Source: Lytechinus pictus
Taxonomy: Eukaryota
Length of the DNA stretch: 64,000 nucleotides
NCBI RefSeq assembly: GCF_037042905.1
Contig: NC_087247.1
Location: forward strand, 31,310,001 to 31,374,000
Direction of reading: 5' to 3'
Part shown: piece after piece, positions 13,536-27,500 of the stretch
How the letters are laid out: each line of letters begins with the position of its first letter
Position numbering within the stretch: the first letter of the stretch is position 1
The notes under the pieces: generated by a model
Databases searched by the model: none
The model's input: the letters and a program-made list of their open reading frames with translations, nothing else
Told to the model about the DNA's origin: nothing
Translations under genes and position numbers: made by a program

Positions 13536-15664
13536 GTCAGTTGTGCTGTTTTGGAATGGATAGATGAATGGGCTTCTATTGCTCTTGCAACAATTGGAAA
13601 ACATATAGGAATATTTTTCAGAGGCAATGTTTAAAAGCTTTCCCTTCATCTGGGCATATTGATTGAAATTTTGTAAGGTTTGCTACCAAAATATAATTAT
13701 GGCAGACTTTAAAAAATTAGCATAAAAAGTAAGCCTACAAGTTAGTATTTTCATGGATAATTATACATGTGCATGTAAATATGCATCTAATTTTTCTACC
13801 TCATTGGCCTGGCATGCGAAGAATGGGAATTTTACAATTATATACTGTACATGTGCATGTATACTATGGAGATATTATCTGCATGAATATTTCCATGGAC
13901 ATACATTTAGGCCGACATATACATGTATGTGATATATATGGTTTGTAACCTTCTTTTGAAATAGTCGATGAATATGCTCTATTTTGTCAGAAGGCATATA
14001 CATGTATGTACACATTGAGGAAATACACCACTGTAATTACCTCTGTTGAGCTCTACTAGTACGAATGTATATGTCTGCACATAAATGGTTGCAGTACATG
14101 TGATGGAAGTGTTCACCTACACAAATATACAAATGCCTGCACTGTTTACCCTGAGTAAAGAATTTGAGGAATTTGTCATCACCTCCCCAAATTTTATGCC
14201 CTTGGGGGATTGGCTAAATCCCCAATACCACTCCTGGCCTTGGGTAAGGACAAGAGGTCAACTAAGGTTAGATAAGGTCAGATGAGGTCATAGTCTGCGG
14301 ATTGTTTGTGATAATGAGTATATTCCTTTTGTTATTGTTTTGTGGTGCTTGACTGAAAACAAGCACAATTGTATTGTTACAGACATGTTTGTGCCTGTTG
14401 TGTTTACTTGAGCATGTCCCCCTGTCTGGTAATCTGAGAGCGCATTAGATTTTGTTTCTCTCTTTTCTGAAATCTTACCTGAATTGATTCGCAGTTCCAT
14501 CAAGGTATTAAGTCCTTGTTCCATGATGAAATTGTTGACAGTCATGTCATAATAGCCTATCTCTTTGTGCTTGTACTCATTGTTACATGGAGCCTTTGTA
14601 TGTTCCGTTTTCATGATATAGGCATATTTCATATTATAATCTAGAGAAGTTCCTACAAGAAACATTTAAAGGTATAAGCTTGTGTATTAGAGAGATTACT
14701 ATGTAGATCATAACTAGAGTAGAATGAACATGATCTACCGGGTATGTACAATTTTCAGAATCTCAATGAAAATTAACATCAGTAATTGTATGTGGATATA
14801 ATTGTGAAAGCACCGGTATTCCACATGTACATGTATATTTTCTTTTCGTTTTCCTCATTAGAAACTACTCTATTAATTCACCAAATTGCCAAGATGATAA
14901 ATACATGTTCTGTATGGAGAGAGAGTGGATGAGAGAGGAGGAAAGAGGGAGATAGAGGGGACTTTGTCTATGCAATATCCAATCAATATCACACAAGACT
15001 GAACACACACCCGCACACACTGCATAGAGACGGGCTGATACTGAAACCTATTTTAGTTGGTAAATGAAAGTGGAGATGGGATGGCAAGCGTTTTGTCTTA
15101 TTTGTTGACGAGGCCGCGGATGCATGTTACCCGAGTTGCTGCTAGAAGGGAGAGCGTTCAGGAGCTCGGAGGTCACGTTTAATGGTGGAACTTGGTCGAA
15201 GCGAGGATAGGGTTCAAATATATGTAAATAGGCCTACTGTGCATTTGTGTCTTGGTATTGCTTACTGTACAAAATTACTGGAAATACATATATCATTATT
15301 ATTACTTATTCTGCACTTTTCCCCAGATAGGCTAAAATACTTAAAATATACAGTGTTCATGTACACCTATCTACACTGTACATCTATTATAGATAGATAG
15401 ATCACTGGTTTATTGAAGAAAAATACAATTATTATGAGTTTCCACAGAAAGACATGGCCCTACAAATACGCAAGTTGATATTTTGAAGTAAATTACCTTA
15501 TCGCAAATTCAATTTATATGTAAAAAAATAAACATTCTGTAATGATAATAAAAAAAAATATGGTAGCACATTACACTTTATATAGGAGGTCTACCTCCAT
15601 GCACTGATGTTTGTACTGGTTTATCGCTCTGTGAGCAACAGTCCAGTAGGTACCTCCATTTATA

Positions 15665-16483
15665 CAGTGCGTCCCACAAAAAACGCAACCGAGATTTATC
15701 GATGATTTATCATAACTTAATCACAAATACATTAGACAAATGACCTACCATTGTAAAGCTTAGAATCTCCTCTTTCATCTGAAATTACTTAGATTATTTC
15801 TCCTTCACGCATGAGTGAGCAAAAAGAATTTGAAGAGGGGATACCAAAAAGTCACTTGGCGGGCTGTATCTGGGTTTCAAAAAGAAAACCACATTTTTAA
15901 AAAGTTCAATATCTGCTCTTTAATTTGATACCTCAACTACAGAAAATGGTCAAGAAATAACAAAGTTCTGGTTATTTGAAATAAGGCTTGAATTTCAACA
16001 ATTTCATAATATGAAGAAGTTTTACAGGCTATTGTCCAGACTCACTCGAGACTCCGTTTTGTTGACGATCAGCCATGCATTAAGTCTTTTGTTAACCGTG
16101 CGATAGCTTCGGTGGGAAACCTGTGAAAACACGTTTATTTAATGAAATTATGGAAATACAAGCATTGTTTCGAGGAACATAACTTTTTTACTTCTTGACC
16201 ATTTTCTGTGATTAAGGTATTAAATGAAAGAGCAGATATTGAACTTTTTAGGCATGTGATTTTCTTTTTGAAATTCAGATACCCCCCGCCAAATGAGTTT
16301 TTGGTATCCTTTCTTCAAATTGTTTTTGCTCACTCATGCGTAAATGAGGAATATTCTAAGTAATTTCAGATGAAAGAGGAGATTCTACGCTTTACGTTGG
16401 TAGGTCATTTGTCTATTGAATTTATGATTAAGTTATGATAAATCATCGCTAAATCTCGGTTGCGTTTTTTGTGGGACGCACTG
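15665..16483. mobile_element. Tc1/mariner-type foldback MITE with long imperfect TIRs
   Basis: TA|CAGTGCGTCCCACAAAAAACGCAACCGAGATTTA ... TAAATCTCGGTTGCGTTTTTTGTGGGACGCACTG|TA. Inverted similarity extends about 350 bp. No ORF. Confidence 0.92.
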
Positions 16484-16971
16484 TATATGTTTCAATTTGA
16501 AGAGAGGATTACCTGAGGTCACTTTTCAGGGAACTAACTTCATGGGCTCTTGCTATTATTGCACACCGTGAATCTCTTCCCATAGGACCAGGCAAAAATA
16601 TATATATATATTATTTATTTCCGGGGGCTACTTTTTCCCAAACCTACTGGCTGAATATGCTACAGTGGGGAAGCTTCAACATTTACAGTGAATGAGAATT
16701 TTCAAGGCTCTTTTGACCATTTCGGTTCGGGCGAAATCGCCCTGAGCCTCCATGTAATTTCTTCCTGCATAGGGCCACATGCACGGGGATTACCTTGAAT
16801 CCTACCGTTTTTATGATAAAAAATATTAGAAATGTTATTATCAATAATATACATGTAGTTGTGGAGGTGTCATGGTGTAGTGGTTCTGACTCTTGCCTCT
16901 CAATCAGAGGGTCACAGGTTCAAATCCTTCAGCAAGAAAATGTTGCCCACAGTGTGCTGCACTCATCTCTG

Positions 16972-17150
16972 GTGGGTGTTTCATAAAGCTGTTAGTAAGT
17001 TAAGAGCGACTTTAAGAACGACTGGTGATCCTTTCTTACGCGCTAAATAATCACCAACAAATAATGGTGAACGTCATTTACCACAAGAAAGGATCACCAG
17101 TCGTTCTTAAAGTCGCTCTTAACTTACGAACAGCTTTATGAAACGGGCCC
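16972..17150. mobile_element. ~180-bp hairpin MITE (Harbinger-like, CWG-type flanks)
   Basis: ~60-bp near-perfect arms GTTTCATAAAGCTGTT..TAAGAGCGACTTTAAGAACGACTGGTGATCCTTTCTT; flanks CTG/CAG. Confidence 0.9.
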
Positions 17151-17159
17151 CAGGTGAGA

Positions 17160-17360
17160 CATATCCTAATCCTACATTTACCCCCACTGCCCTCCTGTCC
17201 ACCTTGTTTATATGCTGGTGATTGTTGATGCTGTGTGTATTTTATAAAAAAACTTTTCAATAGTTTCCATTTTTCTCTATGTCATTTTCATTCTTGTACG
17301 TATTGTATATTGTTTTTATATTGGTGAGAAAATAAACAAATTGAACTTGAACTTGAAAAA
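17160..17360 (+). mobile_element. LINE (CR1/L2-like) 3' tail
   Basis: T-rich 3' UTR-like sequence ending AATAAACAAATTGAACTTGAACTTGAA. Confidence 0.5.
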
Positions 17361-18448
17361 ATTGATACCCAGTAGGATTTTTTCTGTGAATGCTTTATGG
17401 TGAATGCCTGTATGGCTGCTCAGTTAAAGCCAGAAAACTGAAACAATGCATCACAGTAGACTACATACTATGTGCATATATAGCTTTGCGATATAAACAG
17501 GGAATAATTTCACTTCTCAAATTCTATTAGCGTTTCTGGTTGTGAGAGAAATGCTTTCAAGTAACTGTGTTCTGTACGTCCTACAGTGTACATGTATGTA
17601 AAATATTGCTTTGTGGAGCACTTGTAAAAAAGTGTAGAGCAAATTGTGATGCGATATATATCAGGAAAATTACTCCCTGATAAATGCATCTACTATTATT
17701 ACGATTATTATCATTATGATGGAAACACGGAGGTATCTATTTGATAGACTCATCTTGCTGACTCAGTCTCGCTAGCTCGCTCTCTCGCTCGCTGTGCCGT
17801 TTGGGAAGGTTAATGTGGTAGTGTGGGGAATGCATTAACCAGCTGATGGGATGTGATCTGTGAATGTTTCAGCATGCTGACTCACCACTCTATAATTTCT
17901 CTTCAGATGACTTTGGGCCCAATAGCGAGCCTTGCCGTGTAACCCTCGACTGGGGATGGGTAAAAATAGCAGAATTAATCCAATGATTGTAGATGAATGC
18001 ATAGCTGTGCACGGCATAAGTAATGATTATGGGTTTTAAAAAAAATGCAACAGTTGAATTTGCTGACATTGTGAAATGAACGAGGAGGAATGTGCCATTG
18101 TATCGTTAACTTTGCTATTGTTTGGGACAGATATTTTCAGTCGGAGGCTGGCTACATTCTGCATGTTGAAAATTATATTTTGTAAATGATCATTGATTTA
18201 TTGTGTTTTGTCAGCTTACAAGGGCTTTTTTTTACACAATTCTTTGCCTTTGTGGATTGTTGTTTCCATTCCATGTAGGATTTGGAGTAATTCATGTTTT
18301 CTAAATTGTTAATTAGCATTGATATCATCCAATGTATAGCTATTATGATGATCTCTAATAGTTTGGTTATTCCATTTCCTTTTTTTTCTCCTTGAAGGAC
18401 TATGATGTTGCCCGACTGCAGGTGATCTGAGTCACCATTGTAATCGCC

Positions 18449-18596
18449 ATGGAGATGGATACAACGCAATGCCCCTCATGTCACCAGGCCTACGACAAGA
18501 GCAAGAAGCGCAAGCTGACGGATGCTTGTGGACACTCCCGATGCTACACTTGTATGTTTGCAACGGAGTCCTGCCCAGTCTGTCAGCATCTCAATG
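18449..18596 (+). CDS. TANC2: First coding exon: RING finger MEMDTTQCPSCHQAYDKSKKRKLTDACGHSRCYTCMFATESCPVCQHLN
   Basis: Kozak GCCATGG with an upstream in-frame TGA (18428-30). Acceptor after a pyrimidine tract at 18397; donor G|GTATGT, phase 1. CxxC..CGH..CxxC..CPxC pattern resembles the Drosophila Rols7 RING. Confidence 0.88.
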
Positions 18597-21500
18597 GTAT
18601 GTTTGAAATACATGTTCAGTGTATATAGTGACAATAGATGAAGAAGACGACTGATGTGAAAAGTGGTTATCTGCCATAAATTGCTTCAATTAATGTACAG
18701 TCAAACCTGTCTTTAGTAGCCAACAGAAGTTCTCCCATTTGATAGGAATATTTGTTATAGAACCTGTCTATAAAGATCACCTGTCTGCAGTGACCACTTT
18801 CTCTATTTCCCTTGGGTGGCCTTGATTAGACAAGTTTGACTGCATTTCCAAAGATGGATATGAATGGTCAGAAAAGTGTAATCAATCTAGACAGGCTATT
18901 TATCTTCACTTCGTCATTTTTTTTTCAAGCAATCTGCTCATAATGACAATCCTTCTCCTGCAAAATGTATTTGTTAAATTTTCTTTGTTGGTAGTAGATC
19001 ATATTTGTTTAGAATGATTTTTTTTTTTTTTTTTTTTAAATGATTGATACCAAAATCAATTACCGATATAGCCTATTATGTGTGTTACGTAATGAAAATT
19101 GTATTGTATACAAATGTTATGAATGCAGAAGAAAAAAATAAATCAAATCAAATATGTTGAAAAAGGCATATTGATGTACAGTAAATATGTAATATGGCAA
19201 AAACAGGTAATTAGGAAATTAAGGCCCCTCTGTGTCTATGATGCAAAAAGTAATTCTTCGAATGAAGAGGTAGGGGAGCAGGTGGACTGGAAGTATGTCA
19301 GAAGTAGGTGAAACTTCCCATCACCTTTACCTGTAATTCCTAAATTTAAACCATAAATATGTATGTTTGAAAATACAAAATATATGAAACACAAAGCTAA
19401 AACATATTTTGATGAAGTTTGGGAGATAGATGAATATTTTTCTTTTCTTTTCTAGGCCCTGTAACATATGGCTTAGCTATTGATCTCGGGGCTCAATTTT
19501 TACGATTGATTACATATATATAATTATGAATGATTAATCATAAAAATCAGCCCTAGGATCAATCGGTAAGGTCCATGTTGAGGGGCACTGTCAATTTTAT
19601 TTCAGTTTCCTGTAGCATTTGCCTCATTTAAGTTATCAAGTACTGTATATTGTACAATATGTGGTTATATCCCCTCTGGCACTCCAAACAATAATCAACA
19701 TTACACCTTTCGAATATGACTCATGCTCGTTTTGGGTGCTGCATGCAATCAGTAGCTCATTTTGCTTCAGAGAAGTTCAGTTCAGCGACTGCATGTGAGG
19801 AGACTTTGAGTGAGTTCTTGCAGAATTTGTTAATTTTCACGCTTGATACAGAAGTCAAGTTTCATGTTTAATGCGGAGCCTGTTGTTGACCGTTGAGTTT
19901 GCGGTGGCGGGCTTGGAGTCAGTCAGTCTGGCTTGTTAGTCGTTGAAGCCCTGATGGCCCCTTAACACCTCGCTCTCATACTCTCTCACTCTCTCTCCAT
20001 CTTTTCTTTAGTCTCTGCATCCGTCTCTTATTTCCCTGTTTTATACATCTTAACTTAAAAACATTCTCACTTATCCTTTAATACTGTAATTGATCAATGT
20101 CTCTTGGACTTGGTTTATCCTCTTAAATTTACAAGTTTAAAGCTAAACTAATAAAGTTGATGTAAACAATGGTTTCATGAAAAAGTCTTTAAAATCAAGG
20201 TTGATGTCACCATCTCAAATTTAGATCGAGATCTGGTTCATTAATACATAAAGATAACTGTGTGATAAATCATGAATCTATTATGTGAAAAAAGAATCTA
20301 TTTGCTGAAAAAACACCTGGCTGGAAGGCCATGCTTTTTCTCATTTCTCAGCAATTTTTTTTCTTTACCAAATTCACTTTATATTTTATTAGCAAATATA
20401 TGTACAAACACTGGCCATTCTGTTGGATCCTGTTTAACTAATACAACATCGGTTATGGCACAAATTTGTAATCTTCTGTAGCTCTTGCAGTACATTATTT
20501 CTTGTATTCTAGAAAATTGTACAATGTGGAATTTGTAAAATTATACTTAATATTCATTTAATCTTTTCTTAATTAATCTTATGGAGATTTCGTTAGCTTT
20601 TGTGGCAATAGTTTACTGCTTGACACAGCAGTAAGTGTATAAACGGAAGATGCTTGCATCATTTTGCGTGGTGTCAAAATCCATGAATTTAACAGGAAAC
20701 GGAATGCCATGTCAGGGTTGACAAGATAGGTGGACTAGGCAGGAGCCAGCGAGTCTCGAATTTGTCCTACAAATTGCCACGCAGTCTCCCTATGGGTCTA
20801 GACTGGCTGTGATCAGCTGTACATCTGGGCACATTACCCCCTCTGAAAACGATCCAAGAAAAGAGAGATGGGTGACAGATCAGGAGCTGATCCCTCCAAG
20901 GGTAGAGATTAATCGCTCGTCCTGTGCCACGAGACACGTGAGCGAGAGCCCGTGATGAGGCACCAGGGGGTGGTGCAGGGTGTAGGATGAGGGTGGGATT
21001 AAGTAATAATCTTTTGCATCAATGGGAGATATGGGATTAAGAATTAGTGTAGGAGATGTTGAATGAATTGAAGCCAGGGAGGAATGGAGAGATGATGACT
21101 ATCTTTTCTGCGGTTGTGAGGAAGCGAATGTCCAGTAAACGGCCATCTGTTTAAGATTTGTGTTGTCCAAAATTCAATGTTACCGTTAGATAATCTTGAA
21201 AGTCATTGGATGTGTACATGTACCATTTAATAGTGGAATGAATGGATGGGACTATGGATAAGTCATTACGATTGTGATAAGTCATTTGAATTGAAAGTTG
21301 ATAGAAGTGTTCCGTGTGGAGGTCTGTGATCAGTCGTTAGAGGATGAAATCATGACTGATAGTAAAGGGATCACCAGTCAAGCTTAAAAATGTGATATTA
21401 TAGTCAAATGTATGTTTAATGCTCAGTGATCAGAAGAGTGAATCAATGACTCCAGTGTACATGTATCTTTAGGGCCTTGAAGATGAACGACCCATAAATG

Positions 21501-24500
21501 TTCAATGCAAAGAGATATCAATGATCACTCACGGGGATGGAAGTTTAGAATGGTGATGGTAGAAAACTCACCAATCAGTTTATATTTTCAGCTATTCACC
21601 AAATAAAATGAATTTTGTGGGGAGATACATGAAGAGATAGATGATTGTATAGAGGGTTTTGAAAAGGGGATAAAAGTGATTATCATTCATCATGATGGGG
21701 TTATCCATGGATAGGTGAATAAGACATGGAAAATATGAAAAGTGGCCTGTCGAAGTGGATGTTTAGCTGTATGTGTCATTCCGAATGGGAATTAGTCAGT
21801 CAAATCAAAGATACAGTATGTAATTGTTGATCCTAGATTGTAAGACTGACAATATGATTTAATAGCTTCATAGGTTTTGATAAAAATAAATGTATCTTTG
21901 CACTATCAAAGTGCATGTTTGATGGTGAACACGGTCTGATGAATATTTTGGAATTTTTAAAGGGTTAGACTAGAAGTGGGAGAGATGTTGCTGTGGATAC
22001 CATACCTTAAGTGTATTCATTCCTCTTTTTTAGGGGCATGCGGTCTGATATTGAATGAAAAAAATAAAATTCAGCAGGTTTCTGTTGGATTGATAACTCA
22101 CTGCAAACAAACTTGCCGTACTCACTAATTGGTTTATCGTTAGAGCAGTATAGTAATCATTCATTCATGATAACGAGATTGTCAGCAATGCGAAGGTGAT
22201 ATAAACATAATGAAAGCACATGTTCATGTATTTGTGACAATCTTCATGACTGGGTCTTGGAGATGGATGCATGTTGTATCGGAGGTGGCGTGTATCTCAA
22301 AGGAATGATTAGAAACATAGTACAACCTGTCCATTGGGAAGAGGAGAGAATAATCTCCCGACGGCTGGTTTAGACACCTTTAAAGGGAGAAGTCCTCTTT
22401 GGCAACAAGGGGAACATTTTATGAAAGAAATGAAATGTTATATGTTATGTAATAATTGTAAACAAGAGTTCTGAGGTCTCAACTCCTCACATATTTTTTC
22501 AAGCGCACATTCTGCTCCAAGAAAAAAAAACGTGCTTAGAAATATAACCTTTTCTCATGTAAAGCACACTGCATCGATTGAAAACATGTTTTAAGATTGA
22601 TATTTCAATCAAGATAAAACAGCAATAAAAAACTCAAACAAAAGTAAAAGTGACATAATTCACTTCCAAGCTTCTCATGTCCATGCTTTGAATTTGTTGA
22701 CCATCCCACTGGCAAATATTTTTGTAATTGCATGCAAACTCACATGAAAGGGTACACGTAATTGAATGGTTCAAACACAATTTCATTTCTCCAGGCTTCA
22801 AGAAAAAAAACCCAACCCTGTCAGAATCCAATGCTGCCTCCCATATTTCATCTTCAAAACAAAATTACATTTGCTGTGACTTGTGCATCCCTCGTTGTAT
22901 TCCTTTCCATGCTCTTGTGTCCGTTGCCCTCTGCTGCCTGCCTGTGTGCACAGATTTGAATGCCTATTTATAGAATTGTTCTCGGAGTATGAAGATGGTG
23001 AGTGCTTGCTTGAAGATTGTGTTGTTGTATGGTACTGGCAGCAAGTCTTGGTGCATTGTATTTGCTTGTCAGGAATACAGCTGTATTCCATCAATTCAGA
23101 ATATGAAATACATGTACATGTACACTGTATTGAAGGTATTGTTCAAGATGCTGGTTTATATTTCCTTTCTGTGATGGTCCAGTATCAACTCTTGTTGGCT
23201 TACAATTTGTATGCTTTATAACTATGTTGGGATAAAGCATTATAATTGTAGCTCAGCCTTTTTAATCGGGGCATCTTGTCTCCAGACTTTCCGCCACAAG
23301 GTCCAGGGTTCAAATCCCACCGCACCACTCACGTCTTTTCGAAAGGCATTCATCTACGTTTGCCACTCTCCAGCCAGTGACACAGGTGTAGAAATAAATG
23401 TTGTTGATGAGGGGATAAGTCTCCAGACTTTGAACCACAAAGTCCGGGGTTCGAATTCTTAAACAGCATCCGTCTTTATTCTTTCCTCTACATTTGCCAC
23501 TCTTCACCCATGTGTAAGAAAAGGGCGTAATTTTTTTCGGGTTTGTTGATAAAAGTGGAATAGTCTCCAGACTATGAACCACAAAATTTGAGGTTAGAAT
23601 CACCCTCAGCACTCACCTCCTTTGGCAAGGCATTTCTTTACTTTTGCCACTCTCCACCCAGGTGTAGAAAATAACTATGCAGTAGAAAGGAATTCTTTGA
23701 ATGCTTGTGCACCTATAAATCAGGGTAGCCATGTTTAATTGGTAATGATACACTGTTTATACACTGTGTATGCACCACAATAAACCAATGATTTTGGGGG
23801 CATTATTCATGAACATCTGGAACCTCAAAAAGTGTTCGATTATAATTATGCTTAATTATGAAATCATTATTTTGAGATTTTTTTTGGTTGCCCATTCTAG
23901 TCAAGCTTGGTATTGGGTGTTAAATTGGTGTTGGTCTTGGGTGTTAATCACTCCCTCTGTTGTGTATATTGAATAGGTCAGGATGGAGATATCCTAGGGG
24001 GTAACTTTTGACAGATAGAAAACACTTAAAAAACAAGGGCAAATAAGATGCTTGGTGTGTTTGGTGTTAAAAGACTCCAAAAATCGAGAGCAAGGTATTA
24101 TCGAGTTCCAATTCTTCACCAATTTGCCCTATACATGGCTATAGCATCTCCGGCCTCCTTACCTGTGCCCCTCCTGTTATGAGGGAAAGAAATTCTGCCA
24201 TGTAAATGATCATTTGAAACCCTGGTAAGAGTGTCGTCCTCGCAGTGCAATCAGATTTGTCTGGCGCCAGCCAACACATTTACCGATCGTCCGAAAGCGG
24301 TGGCATCAAATGGCGATGACCCCCTCTCCCTCTCTCTCTCCTTCGCTTTTTATTATGCCTCTGTGAAAAAGTTATTGCCTAATTCTTGCTTTTTTGTGTG
24401 ATTGCAGATTTAACATGATATGTAGGATGACGTAGATGGCAACTTAGAACTCTAGCACATGTTAGCATTGATGTAATTATAGGCCCGTATTTTGAAGTCG

Positions 24501-27500
24501 GGTTTAACTTAAACTCAGGTTTAAAGCTGTGGTGTAAGTATGGATAGCTAATTGTTACATAAATCACTAACAGTAGAGATATCATATTTTAGCTCATTTG
24601 ACTCTCTAATCATTCATAATTGTCTAGGAAGTATAAATAGAAGATTGTCTTCACCATTGAAGAATCAGGAAAGAGCACAGTAAATATAAGAAACATAGGC
24701 CTACAACTTAATTAAAATTTTGACACTTTTGGCTTCCCATAATTTTAGGACAGAGTTAGACCATGGTCTAAGTTAAACCTGACTTCAGAATACGGGTCCA
24801 TATTTCTAGTAATGTGTTTATTTTCAATCACTTTTCTTTCAGGAATCACCTAGTTTGAATGTTGGTTTGCCAATTTACAACTACTTAGTAATTGTCTGAA
24901 CTAGAGTAAGATTGGTAATGATATAAAGTACTAAGTCTCTGTGTATAACCGGCATCCAATGCATAAAATTAGTGTCTTGTGATGAATCATGCCATTTTTT
25001 TTGCTTAAAAATGAAACCAGTGCTACATGTACATTTAAAGAGTTCAGTTCCAGTCTACATGCACATCATATCTAGAAAATATTTTGTACATGTATGCATT
25101 CATGTATAACATGTCATATTCACTGTTGAAGTATTTTCATGCAATTTGCATTCATGCTATTGAAATTAAATTATTTTAAAATTATCCACAAAGGGGTACA
25201 TATATACATTTAAATTGGATTACAGTGATAAAATAGTGTTAAGAAAGCTGACCACCCAGAGAGATTGCATGTAAGGTTTTAGGGAGACGTCATGAGGGAG
25301 GTGATACGGTTTAAGTGCTGTAAGATTCAGAGTATTATGAATAGTGAACATGGCAGAACAGAGAAACAAACAGCTTTTTGAGAGATTTTCGCATTCTTAA
25401 AATTTCAATCCCATTCCAAAGAGATCTCTATCTATCAGTGTACGAGCGTTGTACAGAGCGTGGGCGAAATTCCTTGCGCCAGGTGCTTTCCCAAATGAAT
25501 ATTGATGGATGGTGTGTGGAAATTTTCTGTAAATTCACAAAATATTTGTTGCCATAAATCTTTGCCATCTTCCAAGGGTCACGATGGATGCCCTTCAGCA
25601 ATGTCTCTTTAAAGGACAAGTCCACCCCAACCAAAAGTTGATTTGAATAAAAAGAGAAAAATCTAACAAGCATAACACTGAAAATTTCATCAAAATCGGA
25701 TGTAAAATAAGAAAGTTATGACATTTTAAAGTTTCGCTTAATTTCACAAAACAGTTATATGCACATCCTGGCTGGTATGCAAATGAGGAGACTATGATGT
25801 CATCCACTCACTATTTTCTTTTGTGTTTTATTATATGAAATATGAAATATTCTAATTTTCTCCTCATTGTCAAGTGATACAACAATTAATTCCTCCCTGA
25901 ACATGTGGAATTAGCATTGTTTTAATAATACTATATGGTTGAGTCAAGTTGGTCCTTAATGTCAAATCTATAAAAAAATGAAATATTGTGTAATTCAAAC
26001 AATAAAAAAACAAAAGAAATAGTGAGTGATGGACATCATCGACTGACTCACCTAGTTGTGCATATCACTGTTTTGTGAAAAATAAGCGAAACTTAAAAAA
26101 TGTCATAACTTTCTTATTTTACATCCGATTTTTATGAAATTTTCAGTGTTATGTTTGTTGGATTTTTATCTTTTTATTCAAATAAACTTTTTGTTGGGGT
26201 GGACTTGACCTTTAACTATCCAGACATTGAAACCCCAATCAAAATTTGCATTTTCCTGACTTACGGAGAAGATTCAATTAAATTGATGTAATTGTGAGTC
26301 TCATCAAGGAAGAAGTGTCCAGGATTGGACCTGAACCATCATACTCTCCTATTAATTGTAAGTCGAGAATCAATAAGATTTTATTTAAAAAAATCCCACT
26401 AGGGGTTGTTCTGTCAATAATTTTGGATTATTTTTGTTAACTTTCAGTTTTGGTATCTAGAGAGAGAGCAATCTCAATAAGTTGTGCTTCCAACCTCAAA
26501 CTTCAAATCACTCATTTTGATGTGCATAGATTACCTGCTGTATGTGCTAGTTGAATGGAACGTAACAATGTATTATAATGATACAAGTATACCATCCATG
26601 AACACGCTGTAAAGTAGATGCCCCAATTGTGTAACTGTACATTATCAAGATAATCAATTTCATTTTTTTTTAAGTTACGACCCCCTTTTCTGGCCCTCAG
26701 TATTAATTAATATAATTAAATATGAAACAGACTGGCGTCACCATCAGGTTACCTAGAGATCAGTTACCGTACAATGCACTCTGCTATGGGGCATGGAAAT
26801 CCCATTATAACAATTCTGTGAGGGCTGCGCTTGTTAGTGCAAGCTTATAATCATTCCTTATTGGGGAACACTCGTAATAAACCAAGCAACCCAATTAGGA
26901 AAACCCCTGCTTGTTTTTGCGGTAAGGGGCTGCCTATGAACTTGGCAGTCTCTGCATTTTTTTTTGGTTTCATGTTTGGAAATGATCTTTCTTATTCTAC
27001 ATTTAACACAATAATGAAAAACTTTGCATAAGTATTTGTATTTTACGATTAGGTCAGAAAGAAATATTTTATTTTGTTTTAATGTAGATAGATGTAGGTT
27101 ATTATTCATAAAATCAAAATGTTAGACTTTTTTTGTTTTTCTGTTCAATTCTGATTCATGTTCAAGAGCTGCAATATGTTTACAGCATTTACAGCATTTA
27201 CATTGCAATGATTGCATGTAAAGGGTACAGTGTAAAATACATGTATGGTGTTGACCTCCTGTTGGACATCGTGCACTTTTTGTCAGGTTATTAAACCTTG
27301 GATGTTAATTATTCACTATACTGTATGAGCAATACATGTAGGTTTGCTTGTCTATAGCTGATCCCATGCTGTAGATCTAATTATCATTGGAGTGAGTTGC
27401 CAGAAATGCGCTGCATGGGAAGTCTTGTAACGGATTTCACTTGATTGAAAATTAAGTATTGATATCCTTCAATCGGACATACATTTATATTCAGTGCAAG

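Larger units (their letters stand above)
16862..17450 (+). mobile_element. tRNA-derived SINE interrupted by a MITE and a LINE tail
   Basis: Head TGGTGTAGTGG..GGTTCAAATCC; body TGTGCTGCACTC..CAGGTGAG..GATACCCAGTAGGATT matches the 40651-40918 SINE. Confidence 0.7.
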
